64,000 bases of DNA from Promethearchaeota archaeon. GTDB taxonomy: Archaea; Asgardarchaeota; Lokiarchaeia; Sigyniarchaeales; SOKP01. The notes beneath the pieces were generated by a model that saw nothing but the letters and a program-made list of their open reading frames with translations, searched no databases and was not told the DNA's origin. The stretch lies in NCBI GenBank assembly GCA_008080735.1, contig SHMW01000012.1, forward strand, positions 1-64,000, given 5' to 3'. Both the position numbers and the translations under genes were made by a program. This document shows, in pieces, positions 62,181 to 64,000 of this stretch (positions within the stretch are counted from its first letter, which is position 1; each line of letters opens with the position of its first letter).

Positions 62181-62293
62181 TGAGGCAATTATTTTAAAAA
62201 TACCTAAAAACAATATCTATTAATATTTTTTTTTAGCTTTTGTTCATTATTAAAAAATTAATCATATGATAGAGAAAAAAACCCTTTAAAAAA

Positions 62294-63178
62294 ATGGAAA
62301 AAAAAGAATTCATTAGATATATCTCCTTGTTTCTTTTAGGCTTATTCTTTATTCTCTCGGTAGTTGAAACATCATATGCATATTATGGTGAAGGGGATTG
62401 CGCACATGAACATGAAATTGTTTATATCGATGTTCCCCTCGATTCAGATGCTAATATTATTTTGGATGGAAATCCCACTGAAAATTTTTGGAAGAAAGAA
62501 TCAAATCAAAAGGGAAATATGCTTATTAAATTATCCGAAAGGAAGATAGGAACAGAAATTCCCGAGATTCATAACTTAAATATCACCTTTATAATGAATG
62601 ATAATTACATATATATTTTATGTATATGGGAAGATTCTACTCCGGAATTTGAGGATGGTAATTTCAAGGATGGATTGGCCTTTTGTTGGAATATCAATGC
62701 TCCAAATTTTTCCGCTTATTATGCACAGAATGATATGAATACAGCTAATATGGGTGGAGGGAGAGTTGATGCGTGGAGATGGAATTATGATGATCTGAAT
62801 AGTCGAGGAGAGGTTCATTACGTATTAGATGACTGTTTTGATGATGAGGGATGGATTAGTCCTAGTGAGCCTGGAAGAGATATAAAAGCAGCTTATAATT
62901 ATTCTGAGACAGATAAGTCATATTATTTAGAAATTGAGCGAAAACTCATTACGGGAGAGATCTTTGATGTACAGTTTGGCGACAAAAAAGCATATAAGTT
63001 TAATTTAGCTCTTTTCAACGATAATCAATACGAAGATCATGCAATTTCATGGACCTATGCCTTAGATTTAGGTGAAGATAATCTAATTTCTGGCTTCTTT
63101 ATTACTTTAATAGCAAGTTCAATGATAGTAGTTCTTATAATAATCTCAATTTATATAATTAGACAAAAAATAGATTAA
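62294..63178 (+). CDS. Exported DOMON/ethylbenzene-dehydrogenase-gamma-like (heme-binding) protein with a C-terminal TM anchor
   Basis: Signal peptide, I.LDG...E.FW, YIYIL..WED, D..A..W, MGGGRVDAW.W, LEI.RKL.T, late His. Confidence 0.65.
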   Translation: MEKKEFIRYISLFLLGLFFILSVVETSYAYYGEGDCAHEHEIVYIDVPLDSDANIILDGNPTENFWKKESNQKGNMLIKLSERKIGTEIPEIHNLNITFIMNDNYIYILCIWEDSTPEFEDGNFKDGLAFCWNINAPNFSAYYAQNDMNTANMGGGRVDAWRWNYDDLNSRGEVHYVLDDCFDDEGWISPSEPGRDIKAAYNYSETDKSYYLEIERKLITGEIFDVQFGDKKAYKFNLALFNDNQYEDHAISWTYALDLGEDNLISGFFITLIASSMIVVLIIISIYIIRQKID

Positions 63179-63185
63179 ATCAGAA

Positions 63186-63737
63186 ATGGAAACGAGAAAT
63201 TTTTATATTTTAGTTGCCTCGATTGCTGTGGGTCTTGCATCTTTTTGGCTTACGATATATGCAATTGTTACTTTAGATGTTGATATATTCCAAGACCCAA
63301 ATACAATACAAATAAAAGGGAATGGAATCAATGGAGAAATTACATTATCAGTAAACGAATTATCATCCGATCCCTATCAGCAAGTTAAAGATAAAACTTT
63401 TACAATTAAGAATAAATATGAAAGAGTCTATTATAATACATTTACGGGAGTTTCGTTATGGAGTATAATAGAGCAGAATCAACATCTTTTACTTAAAGAT
63501 CCCTCTGAACTGACATTTTTATTTAAAGCAAGAGATGCCTATCAATCACCAAAACCGTTAAATTTATCGATCGCACAAAATAATCCTACATTGGTCATCC
63601 TAGCATATTTAGAGGATGGATATCCTCTATTCGAAGATGGACCCATTAGAGCTATAATAGACCAATCTGTAGTTCCCGAAGATGAATATTCTTCTCAATA
63701 CACTGTAAAATATATGGCTTCAGTAATCATCGAATAA
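63186..63737 (+). CDS. Membrane-anchored molybdopterin-oxidoreductase-like (MsrP/sulfite oxidase fold) protein with no Cys
   Basis: FTGVSL, ARDAY, ILAY..DG.PL...GPIR, VKYM..V.I. Confidence 0.7.
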   Translation: METRNFYILVASIAVGLASFWLTIYAIVTLDVDIFQDPNTIQIKGNGINGEITLSVNELSSDPYQQVKDKTFTIKNKYERVYYNTFTGVSLWSIIEQNQHLLLKDPSELTFLFKARDAYQSPKPLNLSIAQNNPTLVILAYLEDGYPLFEDGPIRAIIDQSVVPEDEYSSQYTVKYMASVIIE

Positions 63738-63779
63738 ACTAAATCAATTTTTATGTAATAAAAAAACTTGATGATGGAT

Positions 63780-64000
63780 ATGAGTGAAGAGCAGAAATTT
63801 ATAAAAAACAAAAACGGGATGTACAAAGAAACTGGTTTTTCAACGAATCTAAGAAAACTTACAAATTTAGATTTACTCTACTCAACAATAATTGGTGTTA
63901 TGGGAGGTATAATATCCAGTCTCATTCCATTCAGTCTGTTAATAAAGGTTTGGTATCCTTTAACGGGTGGGACGCAATTAATCAGCGGACACCATGTCAT
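63780..64000 (+). CDS. Partial membrane protein, possibly an ECF transporter S component (truncated by the window end)
   Basis: Open frame from ATG 63771/63780: MSEEQKF..LTNLDLLYSTIIGVMGGIISSLIPFSLLIKVWYPLTGGTQLISGHHV; the 'T..DL....IIGV..GI' start resembles S components. Confidence 0.45.
   Translation, partial: MSEEQKFIKNKNGMYKETGFSTNLRKLTNLDLLYSTIIGVMGGIISSLIPFSLLIKVWYPLTGGTQLISGHHV

Noticed and set aside
62178-62200. Selenocysteine read-through at TGA stops (e.g. TGATGA after the PKD protein)
   Set aside because: Domains are complete at the stop, there is no continuing frame, and no convincing SECIS was recognised.
1206-62818. Numerous 60-180 aa ORFs antisense to or nested in long genes (e.g. 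8828..9382, 19761..20297, 31254..31562)
   Set aside because: They are shadows of well-supported genes on the opposite strand or frame and carry no motifs.
1-64000. CRISPR array or long tandem DNA repeats
   Set aside because: No regularly spaced repeats seen by eye; the LRR and coiled-coil repeats are protein-level only.

Overview
AT-rich archaeal chromosomal window, most likely from an Asgard archaeon (Lokiarchaeia-like). This is inferred from a roadblock-Rab-like GTPase fusion, a gelsolin-like protein, two 7TM-longin-like proteins, an LRR protein and an archaeal-type mevalonate pathway. Left to right it contains: (i) a decayed IS200/IS605 tnpB remnant; (ii) a GCS2 carboxylate-amine ligase; (iii) an isoprenoid cluster (cis-prenyltransferase, HMG-CoA synthase with an apparent DUF35 C-terminal fusion, mevalonate kinase, isopentenyl phosphate kinase, AcnX-type phosphomevalonate dehydratase S/L, UbiD-type decarboxylase, UbiX, and a trans-prenyltransferase further on), with the 4-gene dehydratase/decarboxylase block bracketed by two paralogous coiled-coil genes; (iv) a 2-hydroxyacyl-CoA dehydratase/Bcr-like pair, ACT+UPF0210+DUF429, a GH38 mannosidase, a phosphodiesterase, a HAD protein and a PAS kinase; (v) SNF2+SWIM, hisB, a UroD-family protein and an orphan N6-MTase; (vi) cimA, tRNA-Leu(CAG), a P1B ATPase and a coiled-coil/winged-helix pair; (vii) a divergent redox/cofactor locus (cytochrome-b-like, GlcD/GlcF-like; Cys-less molybdopterin-fold proteins, a DOMON-like protein, a probable ECF S component). 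The most striking unannotated signal is an 18-codon Ile-rich uORF (MKHKIIPKESFIIIIGII) followed by a 13-bp stem enclosing U-tracts directly upstream of citramalate synthase, a candidate leader-peptide attenuator in an archaeon. All assignments are by eye from motifs; no searches were run.
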